DNA of 64,000 nt. It comes from Bugula neritina (Eukaryota; Animalia; Bryozoa). Both the position numbers and the translations under genes were made by a program. Below are positions 14,491-28,007 of this stretch, in pieces; position 1 is the stretch's first letter, and every line of letters starts with the position of its first letter. The notes beneath the pieces are model-generated. The model saw nothing but the letters and a program-made list of their open reading frames with translations, searched no databases and was not told where the DNA came from. The stretch is taken from assembly GCA_964035545.1 (NCBI GenBank), contig OZ037765.1, positions 10,984,698-11,048,697 on the forward strand, in the 5' to 3' direction.

Positions 14491-17400
14491 TTAGGCCTTG
14501 TTACTCTTGCAATATTTCTTATGCGTAGGTCTATGTAGCTTTTGACATTGTACACTGCAGTAGTACACCTTCAAGCACGCAGTACATTTCTTTGGTTCTC
14601 TGGCGGCACAGACTTCACAAACTGGATCTTCATTTGACCTCATTCTTTCCCCATTAATAGCATCGGTCAGTGCATGGATTGCATACGGATATGATCCCTA
14701 GATAACAAACTAGACTAGATATATTTTGAAGTTTCAATAATATGCAAATATTCATATAAATATATTAGATATTTATACTATATTGGATAAAATAAAATAC
14801 TCAAAATGAGTAATTTCTTTTATCTGATATAGTATAAATACCAAATATAAATACTCTATTTTTTGTTTTTCGAAATATTGAGTTCTCTTAACTCATTTTT
14901 TAATCACAGAAACTATATATAAATATATTAGTCTAGAAGTAACCTCCAATTATCTTTCACTCATTACACTCCGAGGGGCGGCCACACAATTTTTTTAGAA
15001 ATGGAGAGTTTGAAGGGTTCTAATTAATCTGTAAAAACTCTAGACTGTTCTGTGCACCCAGTTAGCCACAAAAGCGCTTCAAACTTTTAAATTGAATCAG
15101 GAGTTGTCTTCTCTTAACGTTTTTGTGAATTGGCTAAATATCTTGGAATTATTCAAGCTAATTTATTTTATATAAGCAAAATAATTTTGCTGATAATTAT
15201 AGATATTCTTTTCACTTTTCTGTTTTAAAAACTCCAAATTATTCTGTCCACTCACTTAGTCACAAAAGCTCTTTAAAATTTTACAGGAGTTGTTTCCCCA
15301 CAATTTTGTCCAAATCCATTAAATATTATCTTGGAATTATTGAAGCTAGTTTATTATATATACAAGCAAAAACTTTTGCAGATAATCATAGATGTATTTT
15401 CCACTTCTCTGAGTTTAATTCTAGTGATTTCCTTGTGAAAACATCTGAAAAAAAGTGGGCTATATGGACGAAAACAAGCAAAGGAATGGGTTTTCTAGTT
15501 ATAAGGCAAACATTATTATTGATCAGCTATAAAAAAGCCGAATTATAAGTAAATATGTGTCTGATAATGATTTTCTTCACGATTTTTATTATAATAACTA
15601 TTTTTACAAAAAAGTAATGAGAAGCATGGGTAGGTTGGTCTGGACTCCGGAAAATAATATTTTAAATGTGTATGATTGAGCTTTGCCAATAAATTTAAGC
15701 TGAACTATATATAGATAAGCAATTTGGTTTTTAAAACAATGCTATTGGTTAAAATGCATATTTTTAGACTATCTTGATATAATGACTCTAGAGTCAATTT
15801 AGCTCACTTATAGTTACAGAAGAAATACCCTAAAGCTTCCCTATAATTTTAAAATATATGTGATTATATTTAGGCCACCCATTAGAAAAATGACCTGAAG
15901 CTGCTTTATTCAAAGATCATAGGCATGTACTTTTTTCATGTGTGCCATTTGTCACAAAAATAATAATTTTTTTACAGCAAATAAAACAAGCTGAGTTTGA
16001 GACTGGTGCATTTTTGTGTGAAACATGGAGTAAACATATTTTAGAGAACAATATTATTATTATTATAGTTGTTGCATACCAAAAAAAATTGCATTCAGCT
16101 AGAATTTTTTGAACATGGTGGCATTTTTAAGAAAGCAGAACTCAAATGTTTACAATTAGATTATGAGGAAGCAGATACACAAACTTTGTTACATGCAAAA
16201 TATCTTATGAACATCATAAGCCCACGTGTAATAATCAAATCTCAAGACACTGATGTCTCGCTATTAATTTTGCAAAACATTACCTTCTTACCAATTATAT
16301 TTTTTCATGGGTGTGGCAATCATGGTGTCATGCCAGATAGAGGTTAGGCTAATTTTTCTACTTATGCGCTAGTTATTTATTTTGGTAAAATGTATTTTCA
16401 TGTGCAACTTATTTTAATATTATTGAAATATATGTATAATTAAATAAACTTGGATCAATTGCTTGTTATTTAGCACATAAATAAATTCCTTTGATCCGCA
16501 TTTGACTTATTAATTTTGTATATTTTATACATCTTGCCCGTTGTTTAAAAAGATATTTTGTTAAAAAGTATCACTTAAAGATAGTGTCTATTATTAATGT
16601 ATTACTACTTTTTGTCCCACACAAATTCGTAAAAATAATAGAATATTATTCTAGATAATTCATGTTAGCTACTATAGCTATTAGCATATTAGCTATTTAG
16701 CAATCAATACAACAGTTATAAAGGTAATATTAATATATATGGTAACAAAACAAAAATAGCGTCTACCTGGGAGGAAACCATAATCATATTAGGTATTTGA
16801 ATATCAATTAACATTGCAGCAAATAAATCCGGACTGCAGTTGTGTGCAGCACTTACTAGATTTCATGCTTTAACAGGTTGTGATTCGACTATAGTGCTTT
16901 TTATGGAAAAGGATAGCGCACAGCCTACTCTCTTTTGGGAAAATATCCCGATTGTATGGGAAAATTTGAACACCCCGGGAAGTATTTCAAGCTGTCAGCC
17001 ATTACAGTGGCTGAAGTAGAACAATTTGTCTATAAACTTTATGGAGCAGGAAATTCAAATATAGATGATGTCCGATACGCTGTATTTTGTTCACCGTCTA
17101 AAATAACTCAATACAGTTTGCCTCCAACAAAAGATGAATTAAATTTTCGTGTAAAAAGAGCAGATTATCAGGCCGCCATTTAGAGAAAGGTGACAACAGC
17201 CTATATTGATGCACCACCCCCAGAACATTATGAAAGCACTGTTGAGAATCATGGCAGCATAAATATAAAGTAGATGATTCAAGCTTCCGCACCTGAACAT
17301 GTAAATTGCAAAGTTTAAACTGCTCCCGTAAGACTAGCTGCAACATATTAAGATGTGGATGTCAGAAGTCTCAAATTTAGTGCATGCACTGATGTTTGTC

Positions 17401-20400
17401 AATGTAAGGATTGTCTGAAAAAAAGGGTTATATTGGGGAAAAAGAAGCTGATGAAACTGACGGCAGTGACAATGATGGGGAGAATACTTTTTCATAACGA
17501 AGCACTATTTTTAGACATTTGTTATATATTTTACTGCAACCAATTTGATTTTGATCATCTCTCATACTTCTGATTTTCTAAATAGTTTTACAGAATCTTG
17601 TTGATTTTTGCAGATGTCTAACGGCTACTGACAGACTAGCAAATGATTCACTTGGGCTGTGCTCAAAAGATTTCAATATTTATTCCTTTCAACATTTATT
17701 TTGTGCTATAATTTTATAAATATAGTTTTTTCAGCATGACTTTGTTTTTATTTTTGTATAAATAGCTTGGTCATACAATTATTCTGCATGCATATGCCAC
17801 ATGCAATATGGCGATTCCTAACAAACATATACGTTTATATAAGCAACTTGGTTTTAATTTGAGATAGCGTCTTGCAGTCTTTAAATTCAGTATCAGCATA
17901 GAATTTTAAGTAAGAGGCAAATATTTTTTCTTCAAGATAGCTTGTTAAAATTGGATACTATTTTGCACAATCTACATTTCTTTTTATCACCCATTCAAGG
18001 TGTCGATTTGTTTTTTGCAATAACTTGAGTTTGGGTAGAGATAAATTTCTAGAGTTTGTAGATTCAGAATCAGCACAAAATTCTGATCTAGAAACAACTT
18101 TTTTTAAGTGGCCACCTAGTTAAGTGTAATAAGCCAATTTTTTGAGCACTTTTTGGGAGGTTACTTCTAGACTATATATATTTTAAATAAAAAAATCTGA
18201 TTGGCTGAAATGAGGCATCCAAGGCTCAGGCAGAGACGGAAAGCAAGTCACCAATCAATCAGATGAATTGACTGGTTATAAGAATGGTTACCCATACATA
18301 GCCTATCCCTATGAAGACTTAGGCATGTCTACTAACCACTTCTACACTGGACAACTTTGCAATCAGTATCTGAAAAAGTTTCGATTCTGCTTTGGGGTAG
18401 CTGCGGAGGGTAGATCTAACCAGACTCTCTACTTGATCCAAGAACCCATCGCTTTCCCTTCCAGTGGCTAATCTACAGTAAATAACTACATGTTGATAAT
18501 CAGCTACAGACCATGTGTAGTCACCTTGAATACTTGAATACAACTGTATAGAACACAGAGTTGATTTGAACTACATAAATAACTTATATATTCGATTTTA
18601 ACAAACATAAAGCATAAGCCATTAGAGGGGAAATAACTCCTCACTAAATAAGCTGAACTGGTGCGCAATGATCTTTATAAAACATATGATAGATCATGCC
18701 ATATTATATAAAACAGTTCATAACTGTAAGACTACTATATTCCATAACGTACTTTGAAGATAATAAATTAAAAAAATGATGCTAATAATAGAAAATTCCC
18801 AGATACTTGTAATTTCAAACTTGAGCTTATATAAAGATGTGCCTTGCAATCAAAGATTTAGTAGAAATTGTAATTATAATTCAAAATCATTATACCGCGA
18901 TTTTAATTAAAAGGATAGTACAGTTGTGTTTCATGCAACTCTCTCAATACAACTGTACCTTTCATATCATAGTAGGGCAGCCCCTGATGTTGTTATACCC
19001 CTCAATACTGCACCAGGTATGATTTAAAATAAAACTTACCTTTTAAGAAACGCATCCAGAGTGCCTTTCTTGTCTTTAGATTTAGCTTCAGCTGCATTTT
19101 TCAGAATGCAGGAAATATAGTGCAACTTCAGAGCCAATGACTCGTGAGTATTGTGTGCACCCATTTTCTCTGAAACTAACATGTCCAAAACTCGACAGAG
19201 CTGCTTGCTGTCTTCAAGCAACTCGGCATTCTGTTGCAGTTGCTTCACGAGAAAAATCTGGAAAATATAGCAGTCCAGCGTAAAACACGCTGCATGCTTG
19301 CAAGCATTGCCTATTATATTATTAGTGCAATATATCTGATAAATATTTTTATAGTAACATCAACTGGCTAAAATTAATTCCTTGATTATACAATAATTGT
19401 ACATATATAGCATCAATAATTTGCATAATATGAACATACACTTGACCACCAGAGTACTTTGCACAAAAATTGCATTAGTCTGCAATAAAGGATATTAAAA
19501 ACATCAATGGAATACTGAATCCAGCAGTGTCTGTATACACTAATTTGATTTTGTAAGGGTTCAAGAAATATCATAACAACCAAAAGCTTTGGCCTTGTAG
19601 GAATTAAGTATTCAGTAAAAAGTTATTTAAAATCATTAGAATATAAAAACGGAGTTTAAATTAATTAAACAAACAGAACTAACTTACAGGATGTATATTG
19701 TATGAGGATATAAATTTATGGAAAGATTTCAGCAATTCAACCTTCAGTTTAGGTCGGCTCTCTTGCCCTGAAAGCAACATACGTTGTTTAGCAATAATAG
19801 TAAATTAATAGAGAAAATAGAAAAAAAATTGCAGTTGTTTGTAATAAAAATCCTAATATCTTCCATCACAAAAACAAAAAGCTTTTATTATGATTGGTAG
19901 TTTCAAGAATTCATTGCATTACATTAAAAATTGCATACTCAATATTTATCATATTATGATAATGAAAAATATACACAACCATTCCATAATTAGTAAAAAA
20001 AAACAAATATATATTAAAAGTAATTTTCAATTAATAAACACTACTTACCTGAAATTTTGGTAAACTTTATAAGATCTTGTGAAGGGATAAAGTTTGATAT
20101 TATGCCTCCAATGTGATACTGAGCTGTAAATACATGCAAGTAATTACGGATATTACCAACAATGCATCCATAACAATCAGCAGAGCATAATTAACATTGT
20201 GTGCATTACGACAACAATGGACATGGAATTATTAAAATATTCATTAGACAATCAAGTAAAATAAAAATATTCTAAAAAATTCGCTAGCACTACCTACCAA
20301 TGAACGCAGCCATTTCGGCAGCCGTTCTATTGACAGAATTGACAGCATCAGCTTTAGCTCCGGCATCCAATAACATATTAACCACGTCTTCATTACCTAC

Positions 20401-21430
20401 AGCAAAATGCTTAGACTTACAGTTAGATGTTTAAAAATATTTAAAAAATACAAATAAATACGTTTTGGTAAAAAAGACGACCTCACACCGATTGACTTAA
20501 ACAATTCTATGAAAAAGTGTTATATAGTAGTTCATTTCTACAGAAATTCTGTAGGGATCAGCATACCCGAAAGAGCTCCGAACATCAAAGTGGTATACTT
20601 GCTGTCGTGTGTATCTGCATTGACGTCTGCTCCACTCTGTATCAGATACTCACAAAGAGGAACATGACCTCTAAAGGATGCATGCATGAGTGCCGTCATT
20701 CCAGTCTGTAACCAGTTGAACCATTCGTAACACACATAGCATTCCTTGAGTGCTTAGGTTGATGACCAACTTTTAGTTATAAATATACGGTGATGACCCA
20801 TACAACAGTATTATTCATTTTTTATATCATTTTTTTAAAAATTTCATTACAAGCTATCAATAATATATATGTATGTACAGTATTGATTTAAAAATCAGAG
20901 TTGTTTAAAATATATATTAAGGGTAGCTTGTAGCTATACGTAAATATTTACCATAATCCAACTATAATTAATCATAGGCCATAAACAAATAAACTATAAC
21001 ATCAGCCTAAAAATTACCATGTTAGTAAAAGTCTTGCACATACATGCTTTTTATTATTTTGCAAGTTTAAAATAGTGAGCATTTATTTATTATTAGCTCT
21101 TTAAAATTGGTATTAGTCCTATTTCTTACTGATCAGAGCTTTTCTAATTTCTTACCCCATCAACACAGTCAACATCAAATGTTGGATCTTTTTCCCGTAA
21201 TTTTTTCATTTCTTCCATATTTCCTGTGAAAATTGGGCACATTTGGGTCATTGTTTATTACAATCAATGCCATTAATTTAAGGCACAGATACAAGAAGAA
21301 TTGATAAACTTGTAACCAAGTTGTGAGCAACAGTACCAAGAGCTTAGCAAATTATCTAACCTTTGCCTTCCTGTGCAAACTCCAACCACTTCTCAGTTAC
21401 AATTTCTTGATTTTCAGATGCTGCCGCCAT
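14491..21430 (-). CDS. ANKMY2: Ankyrin repeat and MYND domain-containing protein 2
   Basis: Exons 21430-21361, 21223-21156, 20705-20567, 20396-20298, 20123-20049, 19767-19688, 19257-19040, 18472-18337, 14697-14491, all phase-compatible. Ankyrin repeats (GMTALMHASFRG; YTTLMFGALSG; VNRTAAEMAAFI), ESLALKLHYI core, and C-terminal MYND finger CEVC...CTAC..VYYCSVQCQKLHRPTHKKYC. Confidence 0.92.
14929..18174 (+). mobile_element. Decayed Academ-type DNA transposon in the last intron of ANKMY2
   Basis: 19-bp perfect TIR TAGTCTAGAAGTAACCTCC at both ends (TAG...CTA termini) with longer imperfect similarity, and TAT on both flanks. Broken XPG/PIN-like nuclease motifs (EEADTQTLLH, KSQDTDV, FHALTGCDS, FYGKG*, LPPTKDEL..RADYQA) and a Cys-rich tail (CTDVCQC). 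Confidence 0.8.
16069..17420 (+). pseudogene. Disrupted Academ protein C-terminal part (XPG-like nuclease + Cys-rich domain)
   Basis: ORF fragments 16069-16347, 16935-17183 and 17355 onward carry the motifs in order, but are separated by stops and frameshifts (e.g. GGA TAG after FYGK). Confidence 0.7.
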
Positions 21431-22559
21431 TGTTTCTGTTTTCCTAATTTAATAAATATCTGCAGGTTAAAACATGAACTTGAAAAAAAAGGATAAACAA
21501 AGAGTAGTTTATGTCAACATAGAAAACTAGTTTAAAAGTAAGACAAAATCGCCATTCACAAAATGGCATGTAAAACTATAACCACAATAAACTTTAGGAT
21601 TATTAACAAAAACATGTTGCAAATATGTAGATAACATAAGCAATTCAACTTTCAGACAAACTGTTCAAAATGTTGTTTGTAATCACAATTATCAAATGAA
21701 AAAACAAGATAATAACTGATGAAACTCCGGAAATGTGATCAATATTGGCATATACAATGCATTAGAAGTTATTAAGAGCTACATTTCAATGAGCATATAT
21801 ACGTGCATATAATTAGATTTGGCTACACTAGCCCATGGCACAGCTATTTCGAGAGTTATATCAAATCAACAGTTGATATCATTCAACATCACAGAGTTTA
21901 ACTTTATGATCATGATCAAAAATTACGTCAACAAGTCTTAATTTTACAAGAGTGTTTTAGTTCCAAATTGATAAAAATGGTTTACCATTGAGGTACATTA
22001 GTGCCTAAAATGCAATTTGTTCCCACATACAATCTAAACAACTGTTTTAACAATGTTTATTTTTGTTTAAGCCAGTTATACTACATACGGTGACAATTAA
22101 TGGCTTAATATATTGAAATTAAATTTTAATTAAGTAAAAACAATATCTTTTAGAATATTAAATACTATCAATATAAATTAGTGAGTAGTTAAACATATTC
22201 AACAGCTAGATAGAAAGTACTTAGTTTTAGGTCTGGACAATCGAACAATTAAACCATTTGCTAATTCATTTCAAGCATTGATTTTAAAGCTCAAAAATCG
22301 ATTAAGCTAGTCAAGACTTCAATTTCTTTAATTTAAAAAACTTTCAACCTCAAAATTTTCAAGTACATTCAAGGCAATAACTTTAGCAAATTGACCGACA
22401 ACAGATTGCAAGCATTTAAATCAGCAAGTATTGAGGCAACCAAAATCCGCTTTTCAATGTTATATCTTTTTTATGTTAGTTAAAGTTTAAATATTACGGC
22501 AGTAAAATTATATCAATATGCCCTTCATTTTATTAGTAAGCTAATACCTAATGGCAATT

Positions 22560-23385
22560 ATAGGTTATACTAAGTCTAATAGTAATACTAATAGTTATAG
22601 TAATAGCCATAGGTAACAATTAATAACTGTAAGTAATAACAAATTGAAATCGCAAAACTATAGTGATAACTATAGCCTATATTATTTTATAGCATAAATA
22701 TAACTTCATTTTATAAGTATAACATCAAGTTATTATTAAATTTAATATTGCAACTTGAGTGAATATACAGTTATACTAACACTTAGTAATACTTATAGCT
22801 TATGATAAGGCTTATGTTATAAGTTACAAACATAACTTTTACTTATTATTGAACTACAAATTTACTATAACTATAAAGTGTAAATCCATTACTATTAGTA
22901 ATACTAAATTAGTATTACTATTACATTTTCTTTTTGATTTACTATAAGTATAAGTATAGCTACAAAATTAAGTATAACTATAAGTTATAAAGTATAACTA
23001 TTACTATGTCTATAGTCTATAGTCTATAGACTATAACATTAACTATAACTATAAGACTAAGTATAAGTATTAGTAGAACAACTGTCAGTAACACTAACAG
23101 TATAACTATAACTAATACTATAAGTATAACTATAAGTATAATAATAACTGATTAACTCTAGTCTCTAGACTATAACTTTAACTATAAGTATAAGTATAAC
23201 TAATTACTAATAGTAATACTAATACTAATACTAATACAGTAATACTAATAGTAATACTAATAGTAATACTAATAGTAATACTAATAGTAATAGTAATAGT
23301 AATACTAATACTAAGTCTAATGTAATAGTAATACTATAAGCCTATGCTATAACTATAAGTATAAGTAATACTACTAGCATAAGTA
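22560..23385. repeat. TpA-rich hexamer-based low-complexity tract (TATAAC/TATAAG/TAATAC/TAATAG)
   Basis: Visible degenerate hexamer runs upstream of the ANKMY2 ATG exon. Confidence 0.8.
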
Positions 23386-25588
23386 TCTTGTGTCTTGAAA
23401 AAACTTAAACTTAAGCATATTCCATTTGTATACGTTACTTGCTATTATTTATAACTATTCTTTATTACTAATATGATAGTTTCTACATTCTAAAACTATT
23501 TTCAAAATACAATGCAAAATTAGGAGTTATTATCGGAAGTTACTTAACCGTTAAATAAATCTTGCTAGATCCAATCGGTAGAAAAATTATAATGTGTGTC
23601 AAAAGCAATTCAATTAATTTCAAAAAAAATTAAATTAAAAAATAATTAGAATTTATTGCAATTTGTGTCTACGACATACTAACATGACCACACGAAGTTT
23701 GAGATATTGCAAATTCGCTACCCTGTAACTGGTGGAGAACAACTCTCAGCTATCAGTTATGGTTTTGTAATGCTTGTTACTCGAAAGGCTTTTTTCTTGT
23801 GCTGACACACCAATGATCATCACAACAGTATAACATTATGCTTTACATTTTAAAATCATGAGAATCTCTCAATCTCCAAGTTGATATGTTATGCTTGATA
23901 ATTTGGCACAAGTTTCCAAGTTTTAGCTGAAAAGTAGCAAATCATATAATAATAATTATCATGAAGTCTAAACAACAAGCCCTAGTACAAAACAGCTTGC
24001 TTTCGTAAAATCTCGCACTATGCAAGTATTATTTTATGTAATCACTACATAAGAATATACATACACTATTTTGTTCCAAATTCATGAATCAATCTACAAT
24101 TATAGGTTACCTGTCAAGGAAGTTCAGGAAAAAGTATGAAGTTGTTAATGCTCCAATTTTGGTGCTCACTTTTATTTTAAGAATACACATGCCTTAAATA
24201 TATAAGAATGTTGTATTTATTATTGCTTTGCTTGCTGTCTTTTAAAAAAAACTTCAAAGGTTACCTAGTTACAATTTATATACAATCTCTGCTGATAGAT
24301 TTGACATAAAATGATCTTAAAAAGTAAAAAAATTATTATACATATCCTTAAATCAGAGTTATCTACCACAAATTTTATGACTCTAAAATATTGCAGCCAA
24401 CTGCATTTAGAATATCAATTAAGAAGTAGTGGAAAATATATTTCATTGCATATTGCACAATATGCTTAATGTTAACAACCATATATGTTATATTATTGGG
24501 TATTTTATGGTTATAAAACATGCTCCAAGCTTTCTGACAGCATTTGAAGCTTCGCTTATTTCTATTAAAAATAAATTCAAACAAAAAAACTTCGTCATGA
24601 GTATCATAGCTTAAATTCTTCAATTTTTCTATTTCAAGCTCTTTGAAGCCCTTCATAATGAATGCAGTTTTGTCAATTAAAAAGTACCTGACACGTTACA
24701 TTTATGCAGAATTAAGTTATTCACATAATATATCGTGGCTATCAGCTAAATACAACTTCAGCGTAGTATGCTCAAGCATATTGGTTTTATAATAAATTTT
24801 GTGTATAAATGTCTTGAATTAAATCAGAATGATGGTTCACTTGCTGATGGTGTTGGTCATCCTTCAGTGTCCACCGAACTATGAAGCTGATACTAATTAT
24901 TGCTAACTTTAACTCTTAACAGAGTAGTTTTATTTGTCTTCTCACTTAGCATCCTTTATAGCCTGTGTTTTAAACATTTAAGCCACTTTAGTGAAATCTG
25001 AGTGACACAGCAGCAAAGAATAACATGCAATGAGAATCAGCAATAAATAGTTTTATTATTTCAAAAACTATTTCCATAATTTGACAAATAATATAACTCG
25101 TCACTGCTGTTTTTTAATCAACTGTGAACTATATAAAGTTTACTTACAATATATATTTAATGCATCACATAATATATAAAACATAATTTAAGTACATGTA
25201 TATACAATGCTGCTTATCACAAAAAATGTAATTCATTATATTGACAATTAATAAATTATAATATAAAACAATAGAGATTGAGTACGTTAAATATAAACAG
25301 TTTCTTCCACAACACATATACATACATGACCAGTATATAGTATATAGCTTACATTAATCATAATGTATTGGATATACACGCCACATGCAATATACACGTT
25401 GAAGTGGCAGCAAAGTTTGAAAAGGCAGCAAAGTCACGGCAGCTCTGTTTTGCTAGGCCAGGTTCCTTATAATAAATTAGAATAAAATAATAATAAATGC
25501 TTTGGAAAATAAAGTTACCATTCAACTAATTAAAGCCATGTTTTTTGATAACTCAGGTTAGAGTTTATCTGCAGATGTTGAGACATCT

Positions 25589-27930
25589 TCAACCTACACT
25601 CTTAGCTGATGGCTTGATTAATAACCGAGTCTTTTTCAGAGACTTGTAAGGGTGAACTGTATACCAAACAATGCCATGGTCATATACAAAGCTGTTGTGA
25701 GTTGACCTGCAAGTGAAATAAAGTGAAGACACAAAATAATTGGCATACAAAACTTCTACGTGAAATTAATTTGAAGAATTAGACATGGACTTTGTGTCAA
25801 AAATACAGTAAAATACATAGTTCAATTATCGCAGTGTTTATTGTTGAAAATTTGCAGAGAAAGATGAACATGTAATTAAGTTCATACTTACTGATCTAGA
25901 TATTGTCCATTGACATTAGAAGTAGTACAAGTCTTATACCACCACCCAGCAGAATTTTGGTTTGCGCAGTTGTTGAATATCTCTTTATCATTGTCCTTGT
26001 CAAAAGTTGAAAACTTTTGTCCGTTCACTAATTTCATTGCATCGCCAGCATTTCCAGAGTAACCATCAATATGCAAGGCATAACTAGCAGTTTCATTACC
26101 AACTCTGAATCTAGAATATTCCGCCCAATGCTGTCTACCCGAAAATTCTTCAATTTCAACTCTTAGAGTAAAGTCACCTAAAATTATCATTAAATTTGTA
26201 GCGTTTCCTTGTTAAACAAATATCCTAATAATATTTCACATTGAACTCCAAAACGTAAAATCTGGAATAAAGGTTTGAAAAACAGCTGTTTCTGCCACTA
26301 TACCATTTGCCGTTAATTGATAGATGTGTTCATTTCCAATCCAAAACTCTGATTGCAGAGTTCCAAAGCCTTTTTTGTAGTCAATCCATGACCTTCGAAA
26401 ACTTTCTGAACCATCAAAACGACTTTGGATAACAATCCAACCTAGAAATGAAAATCAATATTCAAGATATATGTACTTCCCATCCAAGTACAATTGCATC
26501 ATATCTCATCTGACTGTAAGTGAGTCATGTACTGGCAACTCAACATCAAAAACAGTGATTCACTAGGACTTCTTGTTTGATTTGAGAGACATGAACATTT
26601 ATTAGACTCGCTGGCTAATTATTCTGTTAATTACGTGAGAACCAGCCTATAGCTGCAGCAGCATTACTACTACAGCTTTTATTTATATGAGCTGGTAATT
26701 AATGGATAAATAAATGGAATTGCTTAAAGCGCATAATAAGAAATTTTGCCACATCAAATTTTTCTAAACAATAAGCTAGATGGTCTAGGAAATTGATAAA
26801 TTAGCAAATTGTATTTTGATCTGCATTCTGTAATGAGCAACAGTGGCCGATGGCTAATATTTGGATACATAATCAATTGCTCCAACTAGATCCAATCTAC
26901 TCGTATAATCACAAACGAGTTAATGAGTTCAAATTGACTGCTGTGAATTCAGCACATGGCTCATAAATGCTGCCGAATCAACACTCAGCATGAGTAGTTC
27001 AGTGCACGCAGCTCAGTTGAAAGAACCTGTTTCAATGTTATCTGGAAAGTGTCTGAGCTATCTGTCAAAAGTTCACAGCTTCATTAGAGATCAAGCAATT
27101 TCTAATAATTAACTAATTTTGAACTTAAGTGCGTTTCAACACCAGACCTTAACTAAGTAAAAGCATAAATTTACTTCTAGTAGCTTCAAAGTTATAGTTT
27201 AAGTTGCTTCCTCTTAAAATGTTTGCTGTTGTTATGTTTTATGACCTGCAACCTGTAGTTTAACTTAGAAGTCAAGCAAATGACAGTTCTGTTTTTTCAA
27301 TACCAATTAAATTAAAAAATTTTAGTTTAAAAACACTTAAGCTGCTTTTAAAATACCAGCTGGTTTCTTTGCATAGAAGCGGCTATTCAACTCATCATTA
27401 GATTTCCAAGAGGATGGCATAAAATGCAATGCTATTGTCACTGGGAAGGAATTAAACTAAAAATTTACTTTGCAACTTTATTAAATTTGCATTACTCAGA
27501 GCTATGCCTATCTGCTACTCCAGTTTTACACCTTTAATATCTACAAAATGTTTAGAAGGAAGAAGAAATTGGCAATGAAAAGACATCAACAGAATGATTC
27601 CCTAACTTTACCTGGTATATGTGGATATCTATCATGTACCAGCCACATCGGCTACAATAATTTATCACCACGACAGTATAATCACACTAGCAGTGACTCA
27701 TCTTTTGGCCATTAGTTTATAAAATTAATATATGCATACTTTGACAAGGTGACAAGCTGTCTAGAATTTTTAGAAATAATTTTGCATTTTCAGTCATAAT
27801 AGCGATTTATTAGATCAGAAGTTAGTTTTTTAAGAGATTATATAGCAATAGCATGTCTGTTGAAATATAACAACTTATTTCCACCTCTGCTACTTGCTGG
27901 CATATATATAATTGATATAGCATTATTTGC

Positions 27931-28007
<77 letters not shown>

